This document shows positions 55,651 through 63,927 of a stretch of 64,000 bases of DNA, piece by piece. The first letter of the stretch is position 1, and every line of letters begins with the position of its first letter. The stretch lies in contig JAYPOZ010000008.1 of the NCBI GenBank assembly GCA_038131165.1, positions 3,891-67,890 of the forward strand. Direction: 5' to 3'. A model generated the notes under the pieces. That model was not told the origin of the DNA. It saw only the letters and a list, made by a program, of their open reading frames with translations, and did no database searches. This DNA is from Rickettsiales bacterium. GTDB taxonomy: Bacteria > Pseudomonadota > Alphaproteobacteria > UBA8366. The translations under genes were made by a program, and so were the position numbers.

Positions 55651-57039
55651 ATGTCCGAAAATCTCGCTTCCTTCGCCTATCTGATCTCCAGCGTGTTGTT
55701 CATCATGGCGCTGCGGGGGCTGTCCTCTCCGGTGACGGCGCGGTCCGGCAATGTCTATGGCATCATCGGCATGGTGATCGCGGTCGCGACGACGCTCGCG
55801 GCACCCGGGGTCGTCAGCTACTGGATGATCCTGGTCGGCATTCTGGTCGGCGGTTCCATCGGCGCCTTCATCGCGTGGAAGATCGAGATGACGTCGCTGC
55901 CGGAACTGGTCGCCGCGTTCCACAGCCTGGTCGGCCTGGCCGCGGTCTGCGTCGCCGCCGCCGCCTTCTTCCAGCCCGCCGCCTACGGCATCGGCACGCC
56001 CGGCAATATCGGAGTCGCCAGTCTGATCGAGATGAGCATCGGCACCGCCATCGGCGCGATTACGTTCACCGGATCGATCATCGCCTTCGCCAAGCTCCAG
56101 GGCATCATGAGCGGCGCGCCCATCGTCTTTCCGGGGCAGCACGCGCTGAACGCGCTGCTGGGATTGCTGATGATCGCGCTCGTGGTCTGGTTCTGCGATG
56201 CGCAATCGGGGACATTGTTCTGGGCCATCGCCCTATTGGCCTTCGTCATCGGTGTTTTGATCATCATTCCGATCGGCGGCGCGGACATGCCTGTCGTCAT
56301 CTCGATGCTGAACAGTTATTCGGGCTGGGCCGCCTGCGGCATCGGTTTCACCTTGTCGAACATGGCCTTGATCGTGACCGGCGCCTTGGTGGGCTCGTCC
56401 GGCGCGATCCTCAGCTACATCATGTGCAAGGGCATGAACCGCTCGTTCTTTAACGTCATCCTCGGCGGATTCGGCGGCGAGACCGCGGGATCCGCGGAGG
56501 ATATGGGCGACCGTTCGGTACGCGCCGGCAGTGCCGAGGACGCCGCCTTCATTCTAAAGAACGCGGGCAGCGTGATCATCGTGCCGGGCTATGGCATGGC
56601 GGTCGCGCAGGCGCAGCATGCCTTGCGCGAAATGGCCGATATGCTGAAGAAGGAAGGCATCAAGGTGCGCTACGCGATCCACCCGGTGGCGGGCCGGATG
56701 CCGGGACATATGAATGTCCTGTTGGCGGAGGCGAACGTTCCCTACGACGAAGTCGAGGAGTTGGAGGAGATCAACCGGGATTTCGCCTCCACCGACGTGT
56801 CCTTCGTGATCGGCGCGAACGACGTCGTCAATCCGCTGGCGAAGACCGATCCGCAATGCGCGATCTACGGGATGCCGATCCTCAACGTCGAGGAATCGGG
56901 CACGGTGTTGTTCGTGAAACGCTCGATGGCGTCGGGCTATGCGGGGATCGACAACCCGCTGTTCTTCCGCGACAACACGATGATGCTGTTCGCCGACGCC
57001 AAGGCGATGTGCGAGGACATCGTCAAGGCCCTCGAATAA
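55651..57039 (+). CDS. pntB: NAD(P) transhydrogenase subunit beta
   Basis: 462 aa with an N-terminal multi-TM region and a C-terminal dIII domain (IVPGYGMAVAQAQH and ANDVVNP). Confidence 0.95.
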   Translation: MSENLASFAYLISSVLFIMALRGLSSPVTARSGNVYGIIGMVIAVATTLAAPGVVSYWMILVGILVGGSIGAFIAWKIEMTSLPELVAAFHSLVGLAAVCVAAAAFFQPAAYGIGTPGNIGVASLIEMSIGTAIGAITFTGSIIAFAKLQGIMSGAPIVFPGQHALNALLGLLMIALVVWFCDAQSGTLFWAIALLAFVIGVLIIIPIGGADMPVVISMLNSYSGWAACGIGFTLSNMALIVTGALVGSSGAILSYIMCKGMNRSFFNVILGGFGGETAGSAEDMGDRSVRAGSAEDAAFILKNAGSVIIVPGYGMAVAQAQHALREMADMLKKEGIKVRYAIHPVAGRMPGHMNVLLAEANVPYDEVEELEEINRDFASTDVSFVIGANDVVNPLAKTDPQCAIYGMPILNVEESGTVLFVKRSMASGYAGIDNPLFFRDNTMMLFADAKAMCEDIVKALE

Positions 57040-57047
57040 GGGACGCA

Positions 57048-57101
57048 CCCGCTTATCGGACGTGGCCCGCTTATCGGACGTGGCCCGCTTATCGGACGTG
57101 G
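57048..57101. repeat. Perfect tandem repeat, 3 x 18 bp (CCCGCTTATCGGACGTGG)
   Basis: Read directly from the sequence: units at 57048-57065, 57066-57083 and 57084-57101. The third unit contains the last codons and the TAA stop of the minus-strand DUF3179 gene. Confidence 0.9.
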
Positions 57102-58078
57102 ATCGTCCGGTCCGGGAAAAAGGCGTGATAGGCGAACGCGAAATCCACGAAATACGGCACGTCGACCGGCCCGTCCGGTCCGTGCCTGGTCGCGGTGACA
57201 TTGCCCACGTCGCGGCCCCGCGCGATTTCCGAGGTGTCGAGCGCGGAGTTCTGCCCGGGGGTCCAGCGCAAGATGACGCCGTTCGGGAGTTCGAGTTCCT
57301 TCTTTTTCCGCAGCAGCGCCATCGACCAGGCCTCGCCCTTGTCTTCGAGTGATATCACCCGAAGCATCGCCGGTATGCCTTGCGGCATGTTGACGGTGAG
57401 AAAATGCGGGTAGGGGCCGGGCTGGGAGTCGTAACCGCCATAGGGATTGCAGCAATAGGTGTCCATCGAGGCAAAGGTCCCGGTCGGCGCCAGGACCTGC
57501 CCTTGCGGAAACCGTTTCCTGTAATTCTCCCAGGATTCGAGCCGCGCCGGCAGGGCCTTCAGCTTGGTGCCGGTCATCGTCCCGACGATGGCTTCGCCCA
57601 GGAACTGCTGCCACCAGCTCTCGGTCTGCCGGTCCCACATCACCAGGTCCGAGTTGCGCAGTTTGCCGGTGGTGCCGAAGTCCAGCACTTTCCCGCCGAC
57701 GCGGCGGTCGAAGACCACGGCGGCGTTGCACAGCGGGCAAAACGTCACCGAGATCGGCACGCCGCCCAACTCGTCGTTGACGATCTCGTGGCGCATCAGG
57801 ATGCGCAGCGGATAGGCCTTCGCCGCGCCATTGATCGAGAGCCCGATCACCGGCTCGGTCGCCACCAGGGCCTCGATTTCGCCGGCCGGCTTGAAGGCCG
57901 GATTATCAATCGGCGGAATGCCGTCCTTCGGCGGCCCGCCTGAGAGGATTTCCTCGAAGGGAACGGAGTGTTTGGAGAAATCCGTCTTGGGCCATTCGTG
58001 GCGCCAGAAATCGGGACTGGCCGCCGCGTTTGCCGCCCACAGACAGACGAGTGCGATCACGCTGACAATCTGTTTCAT
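57089..58078 (-). CDS. DUF3179 domain-containing exported protein
   Basis: Signal peptide MKQIVSVIALVCLWAANAAA. KDGIPPIDNPAF is typical of DUF3179. Confidence 0.8.
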   Translation of the reverse strand: MKQIVSVIALVCLWAANAAASPDFWRHEWPKTDFSKHSVPFEEILSGGPPKDGIPPIDNPAFKPAGEIEALVATEPVIGLSINGAAKAYPLRILMRHEIVNDELGGVPISVTFCPLCNAAVVFDRRVGGKVLDFGTTGKLRNSDLVMWDRQTESWWQQFLGEAIVGTMTGTKLKALPARLESWENYRKRFPQGQVLAPTGTFASMDTYCCNPYGGYDSQPGPYPHFLTVNMPQGIPAMLRVISLEDKGEAWSMALLRKKKELELPNGVILRWTPGQNSALDTSEIARGRDVGNVTATRHGPDGPVDVPYFVDFAFAYHAFFPDRTIHVR

Positions 58079-58141
58079 CGAACGACTGTCGGCGATCTGG
58101 CCGATAAACCGCAATTCAAGCTTGTGTGAGGTATGGAGCGC

Positions 58142-58585
58142 CTAGCCGCTGTTCACCGGCACGTCGGGGACCCAGCAATAGCCGTCGGGATCGAGGATAT
58201 AGACCTCGCGCAGCCCGTGCGCCTTGTCCAGCGCGCCCGCCAGCACGGTATAGCCGCCTGCCCGCGCGCGCGTCTCCGCAGCGTCGGGGTCGACGCCGTG
58301 TAGCCTGATTTCCGCACCGATGCCCCGGCCCTCGGCGCCGGCAACGAATCCGGAAAGCGGATGATTCTCGTAGGTATGGTCGGCGTGCAGCATCCACTCG
58401 CCGCCCTCGAGACGCATGACCGCGAAATCGGGATCGGCATAGACTGTCTCCGCGCCCAGCACGGATTGCGCGAACGCGACCGACGCCGCGACGTCGGAGA
58501 CCAGCAGGTTGACGCCGAGACCCCGCAGCGAGGCGCCGTATTTCGGCGCCGGCATCCAGGGATCGCCTGTACGTTTCTTGGCCAT
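58142..58585 (-). CDS. VOC/glyoxalase-bleomycin-resistance family protein
   Basis: 147 aa with a beta-alpha-beta-beta-beta-type pattern ending LREVYILDPDGYCW. Confidence 0.75.
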   Translation of the reverse strand: MAKKRTGDPWMPAPKYGASLRGLGVNLLVSDVAASVAFAQSVLGAETVYADPDFAVMRLEGGEWMLHADHTYENHPLSGFVAGAEGRGIGAEIRLHGVDPDAAETRARAGGYTVLAGALDKAHGLREVYILDPDGYCWVPDVPVNSG

Positions 58586-58627
58586 TCTCGCGCCCTTCCT
58601 TTTTGCGATGCTCAGAATCCGCGCAAT

Positions 58628-58658
58628 GAAAAACGCCCGTCCGGCAGGGCCGCGGGCG
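58628..58658 (-). terminator. Rho-independent terminator downstream of rpsU
   Basis: The minus strand reads CGCCCGCGG-ccctg-CCGGACGGGCG followed by TTTTTC. Indexing was checked against the start of track ORF 58116..58661. Confidence 0.7.
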
Positions 58659-58691
58659 CATTCGTCTCCATATCCAGTCTTAGGCGAAAGA

Positions 58692-58898
58692 CTAGAAGCC
58701 TTCGCGCTCCAAACGCTTGCGGAGCAGCTTGCGATGCCGGCGAACCGCTTCGGCCTTCTCGCGCGCCTTGCGTTCGGACGGCTTCTCGTACGAGCGGCGC
58801 AGCTTCATTTCACGGAATACGCCCTCGCGCTGCATTTTCTTCTTGAGCGCCTTCAGGGCCTGATCGACATTATTGTCGCGGACTGTGACGTGAACGAT
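58692..58898 (-). CDS. rpsU: 30S ribosomal protein S21
   Basis: Not in the ORF track. My translation is [68 protein letters not shown]. The frame is bounded upstream by TAG. There is no in-frame ATG/GTG/TTG before residue 22. AGGAGA (58905-58910) lies 6 nt upstream of ATC 58896-58898. Confidence 0.85.
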   Translation of the reverse strand: MVHVTVRDNNVDQALKALKKKMQREGVFREMKLRRSYEKPSERKAREKAEAVRRHRKLLRKRLEREGF

Positions 58899-59026
58899 GG
58901 GACTTCTCCTGCCAAACTATATCTTAACGTTTTGAAGTGGTCGCGGCTTATATCACACGGAAATTGCCTTGTGAAGGGGCGTTCGCACCCCTGTAACCGA
59001 TAAAAACAACCCCCTATAATGGCCCC

Positions 59027-59593
59027 ATGGCTATATTGAAAATCGCAAAAATGGGCCACCCGGTCCTCCGCCGTCGGGCGGATGAAGTGTCCGATCCCCG
59101 TGCGCCGGAGATCCGGCAACTCGTCGAAGATATGATCGAGACCATGGAGGACGCGGATGGCGCCGGTCTCGCGGCGCCGCAGGTCCATGTGCCGCTGCGG
59201 GTCGTCATCTTTCACGTGCCGGAAGGCCGCGACGAGGATAATCCGGACCCGGTGCCGCTGAGCGTGCTGATCAATCCGGTCGTGGAGCCGCTGACCGAGG
59301 AACGCGAAGTCGATTGGGAGGGCTGCCTCTCCGTGCCGGGAATGATGGGCGCGGTGCCGCGCTTCACGAAAGTCCGCTACCGCGCCGTCTCCCTGGAGGG
59401 GGAGCCGATCGAGCGGGTGGCCGAAGGGTTTCATGCCCGCGTGGCGCAGCACGAATGCGACCATCTGGACGGCAAGCTGTACCCGCAGCGCATGGAGGAC
59501 CTGTCGCTGCTGATGTTCAGCGACCAGCTGCGCTACTTCGGCGGGCGGGACGATGTGGATGAGGACGCCCTGGACGAGGACCTACGGGAATGA
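59027..59593 (+). CDS. def: Peptide deformylase
   Basis: GAGLAAPQV, EGCLSVPG and HECDHLDG are present. Confidence 0.95.
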   Translation: MAILKIAKMGHPVLRRRADEVSDPRAPEIRQLVEDMIETMEDADGAGLAAPQVHVPLRVVIFHVPEGRDEDNPDPVPLSVLINPVVEPLTEEREVDWEGCLSVPGMMGAVPRFTKVRYRAVSLEGEPIERVAEGFHARVAQHECDHLDGKLYPQRMEDLSLLMFSDQLRYFGGRDDVDEDALDEDLRE

Positions 59594-60231
59594 CGGGCGG
59601 AACTTTGGCCGATGCGCCGCGCCTTGCCTTGCTGCGCGCCGTCCTGCCGCACGTGGCCTTCGACGGCTGGAGCGAGCGGGCGCTGAAGGCGGGTGCCGCC
59701 GACCTCGGTATGACGGCCGCCATGGCGCGGGCCCTTTTCCCGGGCGGCGGGACGGAACTCGTGGCGCTTCATTGCCGAAACATGGACGACGAGATGGCGC
59801 GCCTGTTGGCCGCACGCGGCCTGGATACCCTGCGGGTAAGAGACCGCATCGTTGCCGCCGTCCGGCTGCGCCTGGAGTTGGCGGGGACGGAACGGGAGGC
59901 GGTTCGCCGGGCGGTCACCCTGCTGGCGCTGCCCGGAAACGCCCGCTTGGGCGCGCGGCTGCTTTACGGCACGGTGGATGCGATCTGGCGGGCGGCGGGG
60001 GATACCGCGACCGATTGGAATTTCTATTCGAAGCGCGGCTTGCTTGCGGCCGTCTACGGGTCGAGCGTCCTTTATTGGCTACAGGATGAGTCCGAGGGAT
60101 ACGAGGACACCTGGGCCTTTCTGTCCCGCCGCGTCGATGATGTCATGAAGATCCCGAAGGCGGGTACGAAGATGCGCCGCCTGTTCGCGCCTTTTCGCCC
60201 TGCGCCGCGCCCGCAAGCACGCCGTCTCTAG
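59590..60231 (+). CDS. COQ9-family protein (the rpsU-divergently-transcribed family)
   Basis: There is an ATGA overlap with def. The RDRIVAAVRLRLE...LALPGN...FYSKRGLLAAVYGSS pattern fits the family, which I recall as TIGR02396. Confidence 0.75.
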   Translation: MTGGTLADAPRLALLRAVLPHVAFDGWSERALKAGAADLGMTAAMARALFPGGGTELVALHCRNMDDEMARLLAARGLDTLRVRDRIVAAVRLRLELAGTEREAVRRAVTLLALPGNARLGARLLYGTVDAIWRAAGDTATDWNFYSKRGLLAAVYGSSVLYWLQDESEGYEDTWAFLSRRVDDVMKIPKAGTKMRRLFAPFRPAPRPQARRL

Positions 60232-60259
60232 GGCACCGTCTTTCAGCGGGGGGTGCGGG

Positions 60260-60742
60260 TCAAGGGGTGTCGGGGACACTCTCGGATTGCCGGGTACGCC
60301 AATCGTCGAGGGCGCCGGCGATCCTTTCGTCGCCGAGGGCCAGGATGGAGGCGGCCAGGAGCGCGGCATTCGTCGCTCCCGCATCGCCGATCGCGAGCGT
60401 GCCGACCGGAATGCCGTCCGGCATCTGGACCATGGACAGCAGGCTGTCCTGGCCGCGGAGATCGGCGGTCTTAAGGGGAACCCCGAGCACCGGCACAAGG
60501 GTCAAGGCGGCGAGGGCGCCCGGCAGCGAGGCCGCCTTGCTGTCGCCCGCAATGAGCACCTTGAGACCTCTATCCTGCAGCGTGGCGGCATACTCCTGAA
60601 GGCGCGCGGGTGTCCGGTGCGCGGAAATCACGCGCGTCTCGTAGGGGATATCGAGCTTATCCAAGACCGTGGCGGCTTTCTCCATGGTCTCCCAATCCGA
60701 TTGGCTGGCCATGAGGATTCCGACAATCGGATCGTCCGCCAT
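60260..60742 (-). CDS. PurE-like (AIR carboxylase fold) protein with a substituted active-site loop
   Basis: SAHRTP, VPVLGVP and MVQMPDGIPVGTLAIG are conserved. The loop that is AGAGGAAHLPGM in E. coli PurE reads AGDSKAASLPGA here. Confidence 0.8.
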   Translation of the reverse strand: MADDPIVGILMASQSDWETMEKAATVLDKLDIPYETRVISAHRTPARLQEYAATLQDRGLKVLIAGDSKAASLPGALAALTLVPVLGVPLKTADLRGQDSLLSMVQMPDGIPVGTLAIGDAGATNAALLAASILALGDERIAGALDDWRTRQSESVPDTP

Positions 60743-60882
60743 ATGGTGCTCCTTTGGAAAACTTCGCGCTCTCGGTGCGGTGCGGCCGCCCGAGACTAAA
60801 TATTAGGCTGTCCAATTAGTAGCCGCGTCTCGGGACTTCAAGTAAGATTTTCCTGTCTGTCGAGAATACGCGGTGGGGCGCC

Positions 60883-61689
60883 TTGGCGCAAAACCCGCGG
60901 CGCGCGACGAAAGGACGGCTCAGTATGAAAGTCGACGAGACGAAACCCATCGAGCGGTCGCCACCGGTCAGACATCGCCCGCAGCCGGGCGAGTTGCCCG
61001 ACCGGACCGGAAAGGATGGGACCGGTGACAGGCCCGACAGTCGGGATACAGCGGCGGCGGACGAGGCTGTCGATATCGCGGCCTTTCACGGCCTGAATCA
61101 AGACCATCTGACGGAAAAGGCCCGGATTGCGATGATGGAGCTCATCACGGAAATCGGCGAGTTGCGCCAGGAATTGGCGCGGAACCGCAAGCGGATCGCC
61201 TATCTCTCCAATCTTGCCGATCATGACGATCTGTCGACGGCGCTCAATCGCCGCGCGTTCCTGCGGGAATTGTCGCATGCGCAGGTTCTGGCGCGCGACT
61301 ACGGCGCCGTGAACGTGTTGCTGTTCGTGACCGTCGAGAACCTGAAAGAGATCAACGAAGGATACGGGCATCAGGCGGGCGACGAGATGATCGAACATGT
61401 CGCCGCGGTTATGCTGCGCCATCTGGGGAAGGCCGATGTGGTCGGCCGGCTGGGCGGTGCGGAATTCGCGGTGGTCCTGGTGGGGCACGATACGGGCCGG
61501 GCGCGCGACACTGCGGACCGGCTCAAGAAATATGTCGAAGGCCAGCCCCTGATGGACGGCGGGACCGAAGTGCCGGCCGTCGTCGGCGTATCCGTGCATG
61601 GCCTCGATCCGGACGAGGACGCCGAGGACGCGCTGATGGCGAGGGAACGGGACGAGGCGGGAGAGGACAGTCCGCCGCAACAGGCCTAG
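60883..61689 (+). CDS. GGDEF-domain protein with a GGAEF variant motif
   Basis: There is a coiled-coil-like N-terminus. NEGYGHQAGDE and RLGGAEFAV are present. The alternative start is ATG 60925. Confidence 0.8.
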   Translation: MAQNPRRATKGRLSMKVDETKPIERSPPVRHRPQPGELPDRTGKDGTGDRPDSRDTAAADEAVDIAAFHGLNQDHLTEKARIAMMELITEIGELRQELARNRKRIAYLSNLADHDDLSTALNRRAFLRELSHAQVLARDYGAVNVLLFVTVENLKEINEGYGHQAGDEMIEHVAAVMLRHLGKADVVGRLGGAEFAVVLVGHDTGRARDTADRLKKYVEGQPLMDGGTEVPAVVGVSVHGLDPDEDAEDALMARERDEAGEDSPPQQA

Positions 61690-61886
61690 GCAATGATGTC
61701 GGGCAGCAACTGATCTTCGAGCGCGGCGATTTGATCCTTGAGGATGAGCTTGCGCTTTTTAAGGCGTTGGACGTGCAATTGGTCGAATGGAGGCTCTTCC
61801 GCGATCCGTGCAATGGCGAGATCGAGGTCGCGGTGCTCCGACTTGAGCGCTTCAAGCTGGCGGCGTATTTCGTCGTTCTGATCCAT
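61686..61886 (-). CDS. DUF465 (YdcH-like) small protein
   Basis: 66 aa. LKSEHRDLDLAI...LKKRKLILKDQIAALE fits the family. The start is the internal ATG of track ORF 61686..61928. Confidence 0.7.
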   Translation of the reverse strand: MDQNDEIRRQLEALKSEHRDLDLAIARIAEEPPFDQLHVQRLKKRKLILKDQIAALEDQLLPDIIA

Positions 61887-61997
61887 ACCGTCAGATCGTT
61901 TGTGATTGCGACAGAAGGAGTTTAACAAACTTCGTGCCGGTTCGGCGCGCGGGAATTAGCATGTCGCCGTTGGTCGGAAAAGGGAGCACATCAATTA

Positions 61998-63086
61998 ATG
62001 TCAAAGAAACGGCGCCTTGGCGTCCTTACCAGCGGCGGCGATTGCGCGGGCTTGAACGCTGCTTTGCGCGCCGTCGTCCATCGGGCGGTCTTGGGGCATG
62101 GCTGGGAAGTCCTTGGGGTGAAAAGCGGCACTTTGGGCTTGCTGGGTGAAGCGGCCCAGGTCCGCAAGCTGACTCCGGCCGATTTCGACGGCACGCTGCT
62201 GCGGCAAAGCGGAACCATTCTCGGCAGTACCAATTCCGGTAATCCCTTTGCGTTCGATATGGCGGACGGGACGATTCGCGACCGCTCCCAGGAAGCGCTC
62301 GACAATCTGGCGGCGCTAGAGGTCGATGCGTTGATTGGTATCGGCGGCGACGGCAGCTTGTCCCTGCTCAAGCGTCTCGCCGATCAGGGCGGGATTTCGC
62401 TGATTTGCATACCGAAGACAATCGACAACGATATCGGCGTGACGGAGGTCGCCGTCGGCTACGACACCGCCGTTCACGTGGCGACAGAGGCGCTGGATCG
62501 CCTACAGCCGACCGCCGCCAGCCATGGCCGGGTGATCATCCTGGAAGTGATGGGGCGGGATGCGGGCCACATCGCGCTGGTCTCCGGGATCGCCGGCGGC
62601 GCCGACGTTATCCTCATCCCCGAAATTCCCTACAGGCTGGATATCGTCGCCCGGCAGTTGGAGGCCGTGCATGCGCGCGGCCACAATTACGCGTTGATGG
62701 TGGTCGCGGAGGCGGTGCCGATGCCCGACGGCGGAGCCGTGACCGGCGGCAACGCGCCCGGTTCCGCCAATTACGGCGGTGTCGGCCATGCGATCGCGGC
62801 CCGCCTGTCCGACATGATCGCAGCGGAAATCCGGGTCACCGTGCTCGGGCACGTGCAGCGCGGCGGCATACCGACGGCGCGCGACCGCCTGATGGCCTCG
62901 GCCTTCGGCGTGCGTGCGGTCGATCTGGTTGCCGAAGGGACGCGCGACCGCATGGTTGTCTGGCGCGACCGTCAGGTGATCGACGTGCCGATCGCGGACG
63001 CGATATCGTCCTACCGCAATGTCGACGTCCAGGGTCCCGTCGTCGCGACGGCGCGCGGACTGGGGATTTCGCTGGGGGACGCATGA
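61998..63086 (+). CDS. pfk: 6-phosphofructokinase (PfkA family)
   Basis: GVLTSGGDCAGLNA, IGGDGS and PKTIDNDI are present. Confidence 0.9.
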   Translation: MSKKRRLGVLTSGGDCAGLNAALRAVVHRAVLGHGWEVLGVKSGTLGLLGEAAQVRKLTPADFDGTLLRQSGTILGSTNSGNPFAFDMADGTIRDRSQEALDNLAALEVDALIGIGGDGSLSLLKRLADQGGISLICIPKTIDNDIGVTEVAVGYDTAVHVATEALDRLQPTAASHGRVIILEVMGRDAGHIALVSGIAGGADVILIPEIPYRLDIVARQLEAVHARGHNYALMVVAEAVPMPDGGAVTGGNAPGSANYGGVGHAIAARLSDMIAAEIRVTVLGHVQRGGIPTARDRLMASAFGVRAVDLVAEGTRDRMVVWRDRQVIDVPIADAISSYRNVDVQGPVVATARGLGISLGDA

Positions 63087-63583
63087 GCGGGGCGCCGTCA
63101 TCGGAGTTTTGGAATTTTTCGCTGTCCTTGTACGCCCGTCCGGGCGTCGCCGAGGAGCTGATCGACCTGCAGGACCGCTTCGGCGCGGACGTGAATGTTC
63201 TGCTGTTCTGCTGCTGGTGCGGCACGACCGGACGTCGGCCGCTCGACACGGCGCTGTTGGCGCAAGCCATGGATATGACCGCAGCCTGGCAGCAGCGGGT
63301 GGTGGTGCGTCTCAGGGCGATCCGCCGCGATATGAAGGGCGGCGTGCCGGGGGTGCCCATGACGGCGGGCGATGCGCTGCGCGAGGAGATCAAACGGCTC
63401 GAGATCGAGGGCGAGCGCCTTGAGCAGCGGATATTATCGGATCTCGCGCCGGCGCCGCAGGGCGAAGGCTCTGGCGCCGAAATTCGCGCCGCGCTGACCG
63501 CCTATCTCATGATGCTCGATGATCGCGGATCGTCGGATTTTCATGCTGCGGTTGATCGGCTGGTCGCCACTTGCATCTCCTAG
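63083..63583 (+). CDS. Conserved hypothetical protein, DUF2390/TIGR02444-like
   Basis: There is an ATGA overlap with pfk. FWNFSLSLYARPGV...LQDRFGADVNVLLFCCW fits the family as I remember it. Confidence 0.6.
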   Translation: MSGAPSSEFWNFSLSLYARPGVAEELIDLQDRFGADVNVLLFCCWCGTTGRRPLDTALLAQAMDMTAAWQQRVVVRLRAIRRDMKGGVPGVPMTAGDALREEIKRLEIEGERLEQRILSDLAPAPQGEGSGAEIRAALTAYLMMLDDRGSSDFHAAVDRLVATCIS

Positions 63584-63759
63584 GCCCTGTCGCCGCGGAA
63601 TTGGGCCGGCGTTGGCGTGACAATCGGGTGACAGCGCCGGGAGATCGAACTAGATTTATAAACAGCGCCACGGATCGCCGGTCGCCGCATATGCGACAGA
63701 TGAATGATCGCTCTGGCTTCCGAAGGTCGATGGCGCAGAGACCACAAGGGAGACCGAAT

Positions 63760-63927
63760 ATGTCAGTGACAGATCACATCCAAGCCCTGAAACAAAAGCA
63801 TGCGGACCTGGAGACCGAGCTCGACGATGAGAGCCGCCGGCCGCTGCCCGATGCGGAGGTGCTTGCAGATCTGAAACGGCAGAAGCTGGCGATCAAGGAC
63901 CAAATCGCCAAGCTTTCGACCCACTAG
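63760..63927 (+). CDS. DUF465 (YdcH-like) small protein, second copy
   Basis: 55 aa. LKQKHADLETEL...LKRQKLAIKDQIAKL fits the family, with AAGGGAG upstream. The start is the internal ATG of track ORF 63571..63927. Confidence 0.7.
   Translation: MSVTDHIQALKQKHADLETELDDESRRPLPDAEVLADLKRQKLAIKDQIAKLSTH

Noticed and set aside
58853-58898. An apparent +1 frameshift in rpsU near CAGGCCCTG.
   Set aside because: It was my own mis-indexing of the line break at 58860/58861. Re-reading against the stop of track ORF 58853..59464 shows GTC GAT CAG GCC CTG AAG, and an intact 68-codon frame.
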